A stretch of 64,000 bases of DNA, taken from contig OZ251997.1 in assembly GCA_965247095.1 (NCBI GenBank), positions 1,088,001 through 1,152,000 of the forward strand. Direction: 5' to 3'. A program made the translations under genes and the position numbers. The notes beneath the pieces were generated by a model. That model had not been told where the DNA came from. It saw only the letters and a list, made by a program, of their open reading frames with translations, and did no database searches. Of this stretch, positions 29,047 to 39,584 are shown in pieces. This DNA comes from Candidatus Multivorans sp. GTDB lineage: Bacteria > Acidobacteriota > Thermoanaerobaculia > Multivoradales > Multivoraceae. Each line of letters begins with the position of its first letter. The stretch's first letter is position 1.

Positions 29047-30732
29047 TCAGAAGATCCGTCTGCGGTCGGTCGAGGACGGAATACCGAGTTCATCCCGGTA
29101 CTTGGCGACAGTTCGCCGGGCGATGTTAATGCCCTCCTGTTGCAACTCGCGTGTCAGCGCCGAATCCGATAGCGGCCTGCGGCCGTCCTCGTCGCCGATC
29201 CGGTCGCTCAGCATGCGCTTCACCCTCAACGAGGAGATCTCCCCGCCCCGGTAGCGGTCGATGCCGCTGTGGAAGAAGAACTTCATCGGCAACAGGCCGC
29301 GCGGCGTGTGAATGTACTTGTTGGACACGACGCGACTCACCGTCGACTCGTGCATGCCGATGTCGTCGGCCACGTCCCGCAGCACCATGGGTCGTAGTTC
29401 GTCGAGACCGTGGTCGAAGAACCCCCGCTGCTGCCGCAGAATGGAGTCCGCAACCTTGTAGATCGTTCTCTGACGCTGGTCCAGACTCTTGATGAGCCAC
29501 ATCGCCGAACGCATCTTGTCCTTGAGGAAGTCCCGCGCCTCCGTCTGGTTACCGTCTCGCTGCGTTCGTCGCAGCATCCTGCGGTAGGCGCGGCTGACGC
29601 GCAACTTGGGCAGGCCGTCGTCGTTCAACTGGATCGCCCACTCGCCACCGCTCTTGACCGCGACCACGTCGGGCTCGACGTACTCGGCGCGGTCATTGGA
29701 GTACTGCCGGCCCGGTCGAGTTTCCAGCGCCTTGATCTCTTCGACCGGCGCCTCGAGTTGCGCCAACGGAGTCCGCAGGCGGCGCGCGACGAGCCGGAAC
29801 TGCCGTCGAGTGAACTGTTCCCAACATTCGCTGACGATGCGGTGGGCCAGTCCCTCCATGGCGTCCTTCGCCTCGAGTTGCGCCAGCAGGCACTCCTGAA
29901 GCGAGTGCCAGGCCACGCCGGGCGGATCGAAACTCCGGACCAACTTGAGCGCCCGCTCCACCAGTTCGACGCGATACCCGGGAACCGGAACCGAACGGGG
30001 CGCCAGGTCCAGCGCCGCCCCGTCGGGAACTGACGGAGCGCCGCCGTTGTCGAGGTGGCGGTCGGCCACCGCTTCGTCCATCTCCCGAGCCATCGCGACC
30101 TCCGAGCGGTAGCGCTCCGCCTCCCGTTCCTCCGCACCCAGAAGCTGAATTTCCTCGACCGATGCGCGCAGGAAGCCGTCCGCATCGAGATTGCCGACGA
30201 TCAACTCGGCGACCTCCCGAAGAAGCGGTGATGCGTCGGACATGCGCAACTGCCAGAGCAGGTGGTCGTAGAGATCCGGCGCCCGGCTGATGTTGTTCTC
30301 GATCGGCGAGAACTCGCGGCTCTCGAAGGTGTTCGCGACCGTCGAATCAGGCCCGAGGTAGTCGTTGAAGTACGCGTCGAGGTCGATGTCCGCCATCGAG
30401 GGCTCTTCCGGGTCCCCGGGGTCGGGATTGTCGACCTCCGCCCCATCCTCGGCGCCGTTCAGCCTCGCCGTCTCGTCGGCCGGGCCGGCGGGAGCATCGC
30501 CGTCGGCGGCGCCGGCAGCCTCGGCGGCAGTTCCCTCTTCGGGATCCTCATCTTCGCCGTCCTCGCCATCCTCGCCGCCATCCTCGAGCATCGGGTTCTC
30601 GACGATCTCCTGGTTGAGCACGCCTTCCAGCTCGAGGCGGGTCATCTGCAGCAGCTTGATCGCCTGCTGCAACGCCGGCGTCATGACCAGCCGCTGGGCC
30701 AGTTTGAGCGAGAGCCTCTGTTGGAGCACCAT
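29047..30732 (-). CDS. rpoN: RNA polymerase sigma-54 factor
   Basis: QRLVMTPALQQAIKLLQ, HESTVSR, RpoN box ARRTVAKYR. Confidence 0.97.
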   Translation of the reverse strand: MVLQQRLSLKLAQRLVMTPALQQAIKLLQMTRLELEGVLNQEIVENPMLEDGGEDGEDGEDEDPEEGTAAEAAGAADGDAPAGPADETARLNGAEDGAEVDNPDPGDPEEPSMADIDLDAYFNDYLGPDSTVANTFESREFSPIENNISRAPDLYDHLLWQLRMSDASPLLREVAELIVGNLDADGFLRASVEEIQLLGAEEREAERYRSEVAMAREMDEAVADRHLDNGGAPSVPDGAALDLAPRSVPVPGYRVELVERALKLVRSFDPPGVAWHSLQECLLAQLEAKDAMEGLAHRIVSECWEQFTRRQFRLVARRLRTPLAQLEAPVEEIKALETRPGRQYSNDRAEYVEPDVVAVKSGGEWAIQLNDDGLPKLRVSRAYRRMLRRTQRDGNQTEARDFLKDKMRSAMWLIKSLDQRQRTIYKVADSILRQQRGFFDHGLDELRPMVLRDVADDIGMHESTVSRVVSNKYIHTPRGLLPMKFFFHSGIDRYRGGEISSLRVKRMLSDRIGDEDGRRPLSDSALTRELQQEGINIARRTVAKYRDELGIPSSTDRRRIF

Positions 30733-30837
30733 GATCGCGTTCGAACGGCAGCGGTTCCTGGGGCCAGGCCGGTCCCGCTCGAAGCCATCGCACCGTGCCA
30801 CCGCGCTCGGAGTCTGACCGTGCGCCAACGGCGTTCC

Positions 30838-30853
30838 AGCAAAACCAATGCCA
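30838..30853 (-). promoter_or_regulatory. Sigma54 -24/-12 promoter upstream of rpoN
   Basis: Minus strand TGGCATTGGTTTTGCT with exact GG-N10-GC spacing, in the lptB-rpoN intergenic region. Confidence 0.65.
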
Positions 30854-30877
30854 AGGTGAAGCTATCACCTTGAGCTG

Positions 30878-31621
30878 CTAGAGCGTGAACTCGGCGCCTA
30901 GGTAGATCTTACGGACCGTCGGATCGGCCGAGAGTTCCGCCGGCGTCCCTGTGCGGAGGATTCTGCCGTCATTGATGATGTATGCGCGGTCCGTGATCTT
31001 CAGGGTCTCCCGCACGTTGTGATCCGTGATCAGAATGCCGATGCCCATGTCACGAAGCTGCCGGATGATCGCCTGGATGTCGAGTACCGCGATCGGATCG
31101 ATACCGGCGAACGGCTCGTCGAGGAGGATGAAGCTGGGACTGATCGCGAGCGCGCGGGCAATCTCGAGCCGGCGTCGCTCGCCCCCGGAAAGCTGGTTCC
31201 CCCTCGAGCGCCGGACAGCCACGAGATCGAAGTCTCCGACCAACTGGTTGATTCGGCGGCGCTGCTCGGCGCGGCCCAGGCCTAGTGTCTCGAACACCGC
31301 ACGCAGGTTGCCTTCGACGGACAGCCGCCGAAACACCGAGGGTTCCTGCGGCAGGTAGCTGATGCCCTGCTGCGCTCGCAGGTACATGGGAAGGTCGGTG
31401 ATGTCCACGTCATCGAGGAAGACGCGACCGCCGTCCGGCCGGGTCAGGCCCACGACCATGTAGAACGTGGTCGTCTTGCCGGCGCCATTCGGTCCGAGCA
31501 GACCCACCACTTCGCCCTGCCCGACCTCGACCGACACGTCCTGGACGACTGGTCGCCCCCGATAGACCTTCCGCACATCCAGCGTCCGGATGCGATGGCC
31601 TGAGGCCGGCCGCTCGGTCAC
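30878..31621 (-). CDS. lptB: LPS export ABC ATPase LptB
   Basis: [47 protein letters not shown]. Confidence 0.96.
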   Translation of the reverse strand: MTERPASGHRIRTLDVRKVYRGRPVVQDVSVEVGQGEVVGLLGPNGAGKTTTFYMVVGLTRPDGGRVFLDDVDITDLPMYLRAQQGISYLPQEPSVFRRLSVEGNLRAVFETLGLGRAEQRRRINQLVGDFDLVAVRRSRGNQLSGGERRRLEIARALAISPSFILLDEPFAGIDPIAVLDIQAIIRQLRDMGIGILITDHNVRETLKITDRAYIINDGRILRTGTPAELSADPTVRKIYLGAEFTL

Positions 31622-33918
31622 GGGTTGCCGGCGCCGGCAGCCGCGCTGCCGGACGGCCCCATCTCGTAGCGGCCCTCATCGAGCCAGTAGAGCAGGCGTG
31701 ATCCTCTCAGGAGATCCCCTCCGTTGCGGATGACAACGCCGCCGGTGAGCCGGATCACGCGATCCGCTACGACATAGACGGCTCGGTCGGCGCCGACCGA
31801 GAGGTTCTGGGCGACATCCTCGAGTCGAGCGTTCCCCAGGCAGTACAGCGCCTGCGTCTGGACATCCTCCGATCCATCGTTCGCAGCCGCCGTTTCGACC
31901 GTCAACTCGTCGCAGTTCAGGCGCTGGTCTCCCAGGACCGCCGAGGTTCCACCGCTGTAGCGCAACTCGCCGTCGTCCTCAGAGAAGCTCAGCCTCTCCG
32001 AAACCACCAGCCACTCTTCGGGCGGAACGTCGACCTCCTGCTCCCCGGCGTCCGTTGGCGCGAGCCCCGACGCCGCGCGCCAGGTCGTGCGTACGTCGCC
32101 GCTCGCCAAGAGTCGCTTGCGGTCCCCGCTGACCCGTAGCTGCGCGGCCGCGAGATGGTACTCACCGACCAGCGCCTCGACTCCCCCCCGGAACAGGCTA
32201 CCGTCCTCGTCGCAGAGCACGGCCTCCTCCGATCTGATCGTCGACGGGCCATCGGCTGGATCCGCGCCGGCAAGGGGCAGGGGGCCTCTTCCGTCTTCGT
32301 CCGCGCCTCTAAAGGTGATCGCTACGCCCCCACTCGCTTCGGAGCAGGCCGCTGCCTGGTCGAACATGCTGCGGGGTGCTTCGAGTTCCCCTTCGGCAAG
32401 GATGAGCTTCCCCGGTTGCCCGAAGAACTCGACCCGCCCGGTCGAGGGATCGATCACGGCGCGGTCCGCGAGCGCACGGACCGGGTCGCGGCGCCGATCC
32501 GTCAGTTCGACGGCGCCTTCCAGGACCAACTCCGTCAGCGCGCCGTCGCTGTCGAAGCGGCCATTGGCGACTCTGCTCGAAGCGACTCGAAGGGGCTGTC
32601 GCCGCTCTGGAACCTGCAGGTCGAGCACGACCCTCCCCCGCGACTCGAACTCGGACGGCACCCCGTCGACGAAGGTGAAGGCAAGAACCTGTGCCCGAAC
32701 CCGTCGCCGAGCCCCACTCGCATAGTCGATTCGCAGCACGCCGGGGCCGCCCCTGTTCGGACCGCTCAACAGCAGCCGGCTCGGGAGTTGATTGAGGTCG
32801 AAACCGACGTCCAGCGCATCGCCGATCAGGACCAGCGTCGAACTGTCCGCTTCCGTCTCGCCATCCTGTGCCGGGAACCCGCCACTTCCGAGAGGCGCCT
32901 GCAGCAGAATCTCCCCGCGGGCCTCGAGCGCGGTCAGCGCATCGCCGGTTTCCCGGGCCAGGGCGAGCCTCAGTGAACGGGCGGCGAGGTTCAGGTCGCC
33001 GAACCGAGTCGTGGTTCCGCCCCGTGCGGTCAGGGTTCCTTCGGTCCAGCGGTACTCCAGGGTCTCGCCGGCCAGGGAGAGCGGCTCGAGCGACTCGCCG
33101 AACTCCATCGCGGCGCCGCCAGTCGCCTTCATTCGTCCCTCACGCCATCGATACTCCAGCGTCTCGGCGGTCAGAGACAGCGGCTGCGGTGGATCGCCTG
33201 TCTCGCTCGTTGCCGCGGCGCCGGTCGCCCGAACTCCGCCCCTGAGGTTCGCCACTTCCTGACGGAAGTCGACCCGCAGGCCGTCGCCGACCGCGGTGAT
33301 GCCCTCGAACGTGAACCGGCTGTCGTCCGCCGCCGTCAGAACCATGCCGCCCTCGGCCAAGTCCATCCAGTCCGTGTCGATAACGAGGCCGTTCGTCCCC
33401 TCCAGCGACACCGCGCCCTCCAGATGGGTCGCGTTCGTGACTTCGTTGTAGGTCGCGCCATCGGCGTGCAGGCGGTAGTGGTCATCGCCGCGCGGATACT
33501 CGACCTCGACCTCCTTCAGCAGCACGTTGCCCTGGTCGTCGGAACTCGTCCGGGCGCCCCGAATGCGGAACACCTCCACGCCTTCACGCTCGAGCGTCGA
33601 TTCGAACTGCTCAGCGCTGATTTGGACCGTCTCTTCGCCCAGGACCGCGGCCTCGTCCGCACCGGTGGCCTCCTCGCCACCCTCCTCGGCGACAACCTCG
33701 GGCCGCTCCTGCCGTCCACTCAGAAAGACCGAGGCCAACCCGCCGACGCCGGCAATCAGCACCACGAGCAGGAACGCCCTCAGAAGCCGGGTGCGGAGTT
33801 GGCGCCGCCGTCCGAAGCGCACGTCCCTTCGCCCGCCGGGCCGGTAGACGGAATCCCGGCCGTCCGTTGCCGGCGAGGGGGATGCCTCGTCGGACCCGGG
33901 GGGCGTCTCGGTGCTCAT
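31618..33918 (-). CDS. Long LptC/LptA-like (multi-OstA beta-jellyroll) membrane-anchored protein
   Basis: One N-terminal TM helix, then ~700 aa of repeated beta-strand OstA-like segments; directly upstream of lptB. Confidence 0.75.
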   Translation of the reverse strand: MSTETPPGSDEASPSPATDGRDSVYRPGGRRDVRFGRRRQLRTRLLRAFLLVVLIAGVGGLASVFLSGRQERPEVVAEEGGEEATGADEAAVLGEETVQISAEQFESTLEREGVEVFRIRGARTSSDDQGNVLLKEVEVEYPRGDDHYRLHADGATYNEVTNATHLEGAVSLEGTNGLVIDTDWMDLAEGGMVLTAADDSRFTFEGITAVGDGLRVDFRQEVANLRGGVRATGAAATSETGDPPQPLSLTAETLEYRWREGRMKATGGAAMEFGESLEPLSLAGETLEYRWTEGTLTARGGTTTRFGDLNLAARSLRLALARETGDALTALEARGEILLQAPLGSGGFPAQDGETEADSSTLVLIGDALDVGFDLNQLPSRLLLSGPNRGGPGVLRIDYASGARRRVRAQVLAFTFVDGVPSEFESRGRVVLDLQVPERRQPLRVASSRVANGRFDSDGALTELVLEGAVELTDRRRDPVRALADRAVIDPSTGRVEFFGQPGKLILAEGELEAPRSMFDQAAACSEASGGVAITFRGADEDGRGPLPLAGADPADGPSTIRSEEAVLCDEDGSLFRGGVEALVGEYHLAAAQLRVSGDRKRLLASGDVRTTWRAASGLAPTDAGEQEVDVPPEEWLVVSERLSFSEDDGELRYSGGTSAVLGDQRLNCDELTVETAAANDGSEDVQTQALYCLGNARLEDVAQNLSVGADRAVYVVADRVIRLTGGVVIRNGGDLLRGSRLLYWLDEGRYEMGPSGSAAAGAGNP

Positions 33919-33927
33919 GAGCTAAGT

Positions 33928-35679
33928 CTACTTGGCACTGTCGGTTCCGGTCCCCTCGTCGCGCGCAATTCGTCTGGCGTCCTCGACCCTGACCACGGGA
34001 CCACCGGCGTACGTGTCCCATTCCAGCGCCCCGAGCACTTCGAAGAATCCGTCGAGGTCGGACAGTCGTTCCCGCCAGCCCCACCCGAGCAACTGCACGG
34101 GTCGGCCGGACTCGGAATCCCGACTTCCCGCACGCTTGACACGCAGCTTGACGTGGTCCTTGCCGAACTCGCGAACCGGACCGCTCCGCTCCAGCGGTCC
34201 GAGCCGGATCAGCGGTCGGCGATTCCCTTCACCATGCGGCTCCAACCGCGCGAGTTCGCGGAACAGGCCTCGGTCGACCTGTTCCGGAGAGAGCTCCAGC
34301 TCATACTCCCGACGCCGCACCAGCACCTCCGGCGCCCAATCGGCGGCCTCTTCCATCTCGGCCCTCAGAGCCGGCAGTTCCGACACGCCCACAGACAGGC
34401 CAATAGCCTGGGGATGCCCGCCGAATCGCTCCATCCGCGCCTCGAAACCGGTCATGAAGGAGTGGAGATCGACACCGGGGATGCTGCGACCTGAGCCGGT
34501 GCCCGTCTCGCCGTCGACACCAAGCAGGATCACCGGACGATGGAACTCGCGGGCAAGGCGTCCGGCGGCAATGCCGACCACGCCCCGATGCCAGTCCTGA
34601 CTCCAGGCCATGAGGATCCCGGGCCTCTGTCCGTCGGCCGAGAACGCCTCCGTCGCCTCCGCTACCACCCGCCGTTCTTCGCCCTGCCGCTGGCGGTTCA
34701 GAGAGTCGAGCTCCCTCGCGAGGCGATCGGCCTCGGCCGTGTCGCGGGTCAGCAGCAGACGGAGAGCCAGATCGGCGCTGGCCAGTCGGCCGGCAGCATT
34801 GAGCCTCGGTCCCAGCCGAAAGGCGACTTCCGTAGACGACACCGCGCCCTTGATGCGAGCGACCCGCATCAGGGCCCGGAGCCCCGGAGACCGTGACTGC
34901 GCCAGCGCCTGCAGGCCGAGCGCGGCGATGACACGGTTCTCGCCCACCAGGGGCACCACATCCGCGATCGTGCCGAGGCATGCGACGCGCAACAGCGCAG
35001 CCAGCGGCTCTTCGCGACCGCTCCGACGCAGCACTGCCTGCGCCAGCTTGAACGCAAGTCCGGCGCCGCAAAGGTGGCGAAAGGGGTAGGTACAGCCATC
35101 CTGTTGAGGATTGACCTGGATCGCCTGGGACGGCAAGCCGCTTCCGGCAACGTGATGATCGGTCACGACCACGTCCATTCCTTGCCTGATCGCCTCCTCC
35201 ACCGCCTCGTTCGAGGTCGTACCGCAGTCAACCGTGACGATCAGCGAGGCGCCCGCGCGCTTCGCCTTCTCGACCTGAACGACCTGAAAGCCGTATCCCT
35301 CGGTCAACCGGTTCGGAAGGATCGGAACGGCATCGGCAGCCAGGGCCCGCAGTACAACGGTGAGCAGCGCGCAGGCGCTCACTCCGTCGACGTCGTAGTC
35401 CCCCACAACGGCGATGGTGCCGCGGTCGCGGCAGACGGCAAGCACCCGCTCGGCCGCCTCCTCCATCCCTCTGAGCAGGAAGGGGTCGTGCAAGCCACTG
35501 CGGTTCGGTCTGAGGAAGGTCTCCGCCTCCGCCTCCGTCTCCACTCCCCTGCGGGCAAGGGGAGCGGCAAGCAGCCCGTATCCCGCTGCCAGGAGTCGTG
35601 CGGTGGGCTCGGGAGCGGGCTTCTCCGCCCACTCCACCGTGTCATTGCGGTGGCCGCCGCCTTGCTCCGGCATCGTCAC
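33928..35679 (-). CDS. recJ: ssDNA exonuclease RecJ
   Basis: GDYDVDG, TVDCG, TDHH, GTIADVVPL, GPRLNAAGRL, GGHPQAIG. Confidence 0.95.
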   Translation of the reverse strand: MTMPEQGGGHRNDTVEWAEKPAPEPTARLLAAGYGLLAAPLARRGVETEAEAETFLRPNRSGLHDPFLLRGMEEAAERVLAVCRDRGTIAVVGDYDVDGVSACALLTVVLRALAADAVPILPNRLTEGYGFQVVQVEKAKRAGASLIVTVDCGTTSNEAVEEAIRQGMDVVVTDHHVAGSGLPSQAIQVNPQQDGCTYPFRHLCGAGLAFKLAQAVLRRSGREEPLAALLRVACLGTIADVVPLVGENRVIAALGLQALAQSRSPGLRALMRVARIKGAVSSTEVAFRLGPRLNAAGRLASADLALRLLLTRDTAEADRLARELDSLNRQRQGEERRVVAEATEAFSADGQRPGILMAWSQDWHRGVVGIAAGRLAREFHRPVILLGVDGETGTGSGRSIPGVDLHSFMTGFEARMERFGGHPQAIGLSVGVSELPALRAEMEEAADWAPEVLVRRREYELELSPEQVDRGLFRELARLEPHGEGNRRPLIRLGPLERSGPVREFGKDHVKLRVKRAGSRDSESGRPVQLLGWGWRERLSDLDGFFEVLGALEWDTYAGGPVVRVEDARRIARDEGTGTDSAK

Positions 35680-38144
35680 ATCAGATCCTGCGGGTCAACG
35701 TCGACGGTAAGGTCAGTGGCCGGCGTCGGCACGACGGCACGGGCCAGCCGCCGCACGTCGGCGCCGCTGGCGGAGCGCATCAGGAGCTGAAACCGCCACT
35801 GTCCCTTGAGGCGCTCGAGCGGCGCCGGCGCCGGACCGGAAAAGCGCACACCGGCGGCCAGCGCGTGGGCCCGCGCGTCCCCCGCAAGCTCCCTGATCCG
35901 CCCCCAACCACGTTCACGATCACGATCGCGGACCACGATCTGGACCATGCGAGTGAACGGAGGGTAGTGGAACACCCGGCGAAACCGCATCTCCTGGCTG
36001 GCGAAGGCCTCGTCATCTCCGTTCAGCACCGCCTGGATCGCATAGTGGTCCGGATGGTACGTCTGGATCACAAACCGGCCCAAACGTTCGCCACGACCGG
36101 CCCGCCCGGCGAGCTGCGTGAGCAGCGCATAGCTACGCTCCGCGGCCCGAAAATCCGGGAACCCGAGGTAGGAGTCCGCGGTGAGTACCGCCGCGAGCGC
36201 AACGTCAGGGAAGTGGTGTCCCTTGGACACCATCTGGGTGCCGATCAGGATCTGTGTGCGTCCGCTTCGAAACCTCTCCAGGACCGCCGCTGGGCCGCCG
36301 ACGCGCCGGGTCGCGTCCCGGTCCAGCACGTCCACGACAGCGCCCGGAAATCGGGCCAGGACCTCCTCCTCCACCCTCTCCGTGCCGGCGCCGATCGGCT
36401 GGAGTGCGTCCTCTCCGCAGCCCGGGCAGAGCCGCGGCACTTCCTCACGGGCGCCGCAGTAGTGGCAGACAAGTCGTCGCTCCCGGCGGTGAAAGCTCTT
36501 GGGCAGACCACAGTCCTCGCATGGCATGTTCTCGCCGCAGGCGCGACACAGCAGTTGCGGCGAGTAGCCCCGCCGGTTCCGCAGCAGGATCACCTGCTCT
36601 CCCCGCTCCAGGCTGTGTGTGATCTGGTCGATCAGGGACCCGGAGAACATCACGTCCCCCGGCCGGCGCGGGCCCCCGGCCTCCTTGCGGAGATCGACCA
36701 GGATCGGTTCGGGAAGCGAACCCGATCCGACCCTGGCGGTGAGCCGGAGGTGGCGATACCGACCGCGCTCGACGTTCAAGCGGGTTTCCAGACTCGGTGT
36801 CGCGGAGACCAGCACGGCGGCCGCGGAACACGAGCGGGCCCGCACCAGGGCCAGGTCCCGGCCGCTGTATCGGGGACGCGTGTCCTGCTTGTAGGCCGTG
36901 TCCTGTTCCTCGTCGACGACGATCAGGCCCAGGTTCAAAACGGGAGCGAAGACGGCCGACCGGGGACCGATGACGATGCGGCCCTCGCCGCTGCGGATGC
37001 GCTCCCACTCCTGATGGCGCTCGGCCCTGCCGAGGTTCGAGTGCAACAGGGCGACCAGGTCGCCGAAGCGCTGCTTCAGCGTCCGCGCCAGCGCCGGCAC
37101 CAGGGCGATCTCCGGCACCAGAACGATGACGGACCGGCCCTCCTCAACCGCCGCCCGAGCCGCTTGAAGGTAGACCTCGGTCTTTCCGGACCCGGTCATG
37201 CCACCCAGGAAGCAGGGCCGGAACTGCCGGCTCCGAACCGCCGCGACCAGTTCGTCGGCGGCGACGGCTTGGTCCGGGCGCAGTTCGATCGGCGCCACCT
37301 CGTCATCACCGGCCAAGCGATGGCGCGCCAGATCCATCGTCTCGATCTGGGTAAAGGAGCGGAGAACGCCAAGTCGAACCAGGCGTCGAACAACCGCCGC
37401 CGAAGCGCCGGTCTGGGTACGTAACTCCTCCAGCGTTGCCGGCCGGTTCAGTTCCGCGAGGAACTCGACCACCAGGCGGGCCGCCGGAGACCGCCCGCAC
37501 GCCTGAAGCTGGGCCTCGCGATCCCCCGCCGGCAGCTCGACGGCCGCACGGTAGCGGGAACTCCGGCTACCGGGTTCGTACAGCCGTATACGGCCGCTCT
37601 CCCGCCAGCTCTCGATGCGATCGAAGAGCGTCGCCTCCCCCACTTCGTTCCAGATCGTCGCCAGTGTCAGGCGACCCCGATCCAGAAGCAGTCGTTGCAG
37701 GGCCTGACTCAGCGGGTCGCGGCAATCGTAGAGCGCGCCGCGGTTGGTGAGTTCCGCGCGCCGGTCGCCCCAGCCGGTGAGTTTTCCGGGAACCATGATC
37801 TTCAGCACTTCGCCGATCGGCGCGGTGTAGTAGGAGGAGGCGAAGCGGGCGATCTCCATCAGGTCGTCCGGCAGGACGGGTTCCAGGTCGACGACCGATT
37901 CAATCGGGCGTAGTTGGGTTTCGACGCCGGCGGGGGGGCGGGCCGGAAGGCCCACGATCCAGCCGGTCAGACGCCGCTTGCCCACGGGTACCCGCACGCG
38001 GACGCCGACTCGGACCAGGCCGCTCCAGCGCCTGGGTACGCTGTAGGTCAGGGGACCCGGCAGCGGCAGCGGCACCGCGACTTCGGCGTACTCGCCTCCA
38101 GCGACGCCGGTCCCGGCATCCCACGGCTGCGTCGCCGAACTCAC
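35676..38144 (-). CDS. priA: Primosomal protein N' (PriA helicase)
   Basis: GMTGSGKTEVY, LVPEIAL, DEEQD, SATPS, four CxxC, GTQMVSKG, QLAGRAGR, VDVDPQD. Confidence 0.96.
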   Translation of the reverse strand: MSSATQPWDAGTGVAGGEYAEVAVPLPLPGPLTYSVPRRWSGLVRVGVRVRVPVGKRRLTGWIVGLPARPPAGVETQLRPIESVVDLEPVLPDDLMEIARFASSYYTAPIGEVLKIMVPGKLTGWGDRRAELTNRGALYDCRDPLSQALQRLLLDRGRLTLATIWNEVGEATLFDRIESWRESGRIRLYEPGSRSSRYRAAVELPAGDREAQLQACGRSPAARLVVEFLAELNRPATLEELRTQTGASAAVVRRLVRLGVLRSFTQIETMDLARHRLAGDDEVAPIELRPDQAVAADELVAAVRSRQFRPCFLGGMTGSGKTEVYLQAARAAVEEGRSVIVLVPEIALVPALARTLKQRFGDLVALLHSNLGRAERHQEWERIRSGEGRIVIGPRSAVFAPVLNLGLIVVDEEQDTAYKQDTRPRYSGRDLALVRARSCSAAAVLVSATPSLETRLNVERGRYRHLRLTARVGSGSLPEPILVDLRKEAGGPRRPGDVMFSGSLIDQITHSLERGEQVILLRNRRGYSPQLLCRACGENMPCEDCGLPKSFHRRERRLVCHYCGAREEVPRLCPGCGEDALQPIGAGTERVEEEVLARFPGAVVDVLDRDATRRVGGPAAVLERFRSGRTQILIGTQMVSKGHHFPDVALAAVLTADSYLGFPDFRAAERSYALLTQLAGRAGRGERLGRFVIQTYHPDHYAIQAVLNGDDEAFASQEMRFRRVFHYPPFTRMVQIVVRDRDRERGWGRIRELAGDARAHALAAGVRFSGPAPAPLERLKGQWRFQLLMRSASGADVRRLARAVVPTPATDLTVDVDPQDLM

Positions 38145-38536
38145 TTCGTTCCGTTCTGTGGCGCAGCCTCAGGGCCGGCCCGGTCCTCCTCGACACAGTT
38201 GCCGCATATGCCTGCGGTCAACTGAGCTTCAGGCACGTGAACGCCGCAACGCCGGCACCGAAGCAGCGCGCTTGGCCGTCCGGGGCCACGAGTCGCCCCG
38301 GAGTCGCGCTCGGAGGTCCCGGACGGGGAACCGCCGGCCGTACCGCGTGCACTCCACTTGCCTCCGGTCCGGCCCGTACCGCGAGTGCCGGCGGCGGATC
38401 GTTGCAATACCTTGAGCAGGCGCAGGAAGGAGCGCGCCTCCGCGGCTCGTGGCGACCGCAGCAGCCCGCGAACGATCCGCGAGATCCACATCCATGCCAC
38501 CAACAGGGCAATCAGAATGACGAGGAACCGTGTCAC
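38141..38536 (-). CDS. Small membrane-anchored zinc-ribbon protein (PP0621-like)
   Basis: N-terminal TM helix; CRRCGVHVP...CGNC; stop overlaps the priA start. Confidence 0.6.
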   Translation of the reverse strand: MTRFLVILIALLVAWMWISRIVRGLLRSPRAAEARSFLRLLKVLQRSAAGTRGTGRTGGKWSARGTAGGSPSGTSERDSGATRGPGRPSALLRCRRCGVHVPEAQLTAGICGNCVEEDRAGPEAAPQNGTK

Positions 38537-38636
38537 GATCTAGATCAGCCTTGGCGGCTGGAATTCCCCTGCTGAACCGACCGCCCGTCGAATCCAGGCT
38601 GTCCTGGCCCTCAGGAGGCGCCGCGGCCCAAGAGCC

Positions 38637-39152
38637 TCAACTGGCCTTGGCCTTGGAGATCTTTTCGAGGCTGCCCGTGAGCGCCTTCTCGACCAGGACC
38701 TCCGCGTCGTCTTCGCCGATCTCTCTGACGTGCAGAACCTCGCTGACGATGAAGTACCTCGCCTTCTCGTACATCTTCTTCTCGCGGAACGACAGGCTCT
38801 TCTTCTGACTCACCAGGCGGAGGTTCTTGAGCACCTGGGCGGCGTCGGTCAGGGAACCGGTCCGCATCTTGTCGAGGTTCTGCTTGTAGCGGCCCTTCCA
38901 GTCCTTGTAGACATCGATGTTGCCGTCCTCGATCAACCGCAGCAGGTCGTTGATCTCCCGCGACTTGGCCAGACGCCGCAGGCCCACCCGGTCCAGATTC
39001 TCCTCGGGCACCATCACCTTCGAGTGGTTGCCCAGCACCCGCAGGTGGTAGTAGGTTTGCTTCTCCCCGCCGTCCGGGGCGCTTAACGCGATGAGTTCCA
39101 CCACGCTCACGCCGTGGTTGGGGTATACGACCTTCTCACCGACTCGGAACAC
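38637..39152 (-). CDS. carD: CarD-family transcriptional regulator
   Basis: FRVGEKVVYPNHGV, VMVP, GLRRL, WKGRYK, LSFREKKM. Confidence 0.93.
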   Translation of the reverse strand: MFRVGEKVVYPNHGVSVVELIALSAPDGGEKQTYYHLRVLGNHSKVMVPEENLDRVGLRRLAKSREINDLLRLIEDGNIDVYKDWKGRYKQNLDKMRTGSLTDAAQVLKNLRLVSQKKSLSFREKKMYEKARYFIVSEVLHVREIGEDDAEVLVEKALTGSLEKISKAKAS

Positions 39153-39317
39153 TCTGAACCCCCTTCACAGAACCCCCTTCAGACATGTGACAGTTGCCTG
39201 TCTCGGCAAACATAGCCGAAACCTTGAACGCAGTTCCGAGATCGGCCGCCAGTTGCCCGCCAGTTGCTGTTCTGGATATCTCTAAGTTCTGGATAGCCAC
39301 ACACTTAACGGGCACGA

Positions 39318-39346
39318 ATTGTAGCCGAGAGGGCTCAGAACGTCAA
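39318..39346 (-). promoter_or_regulatory. Sigma70 promoter of carD
   Basis: Minus strand TTGACG-N17-TACAAT. Confidence 0.75.
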
Positions 39347-39497
39347 GCCGTTCCCGCCCCATTTGCGCCTACTTCGAGCCGCCGGCTCTAAGTCGTTGAA
39401 GGCGCAGACTTTGCAGCTCCAGCACTGGAAGTTGCGCCGTGGCGGTGCTACTCTGCGCCACCGTCGCCGCGGCACCCGCAGGGGTGCGGATTTCCAT

Positions 39498-39584
39498 GCC
39501 GGAGTGGCGGAATGGCAGACGCAGGGGACTCAAAATCCCCCGCCCCAAAAGGGCGTGTGGGTTCGACTCCCACCTCCGGCACCA
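39498..39584 (+). tRNA. tRNA-Leu(CAA)
   Basis: GCCGGAGTGGCGGAATGGCAGACGC; arm GGGGA-CTCAAAA-TCCCC; variable arm; GGTTCGACTCC; CCA end. Confidence 0.96.
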
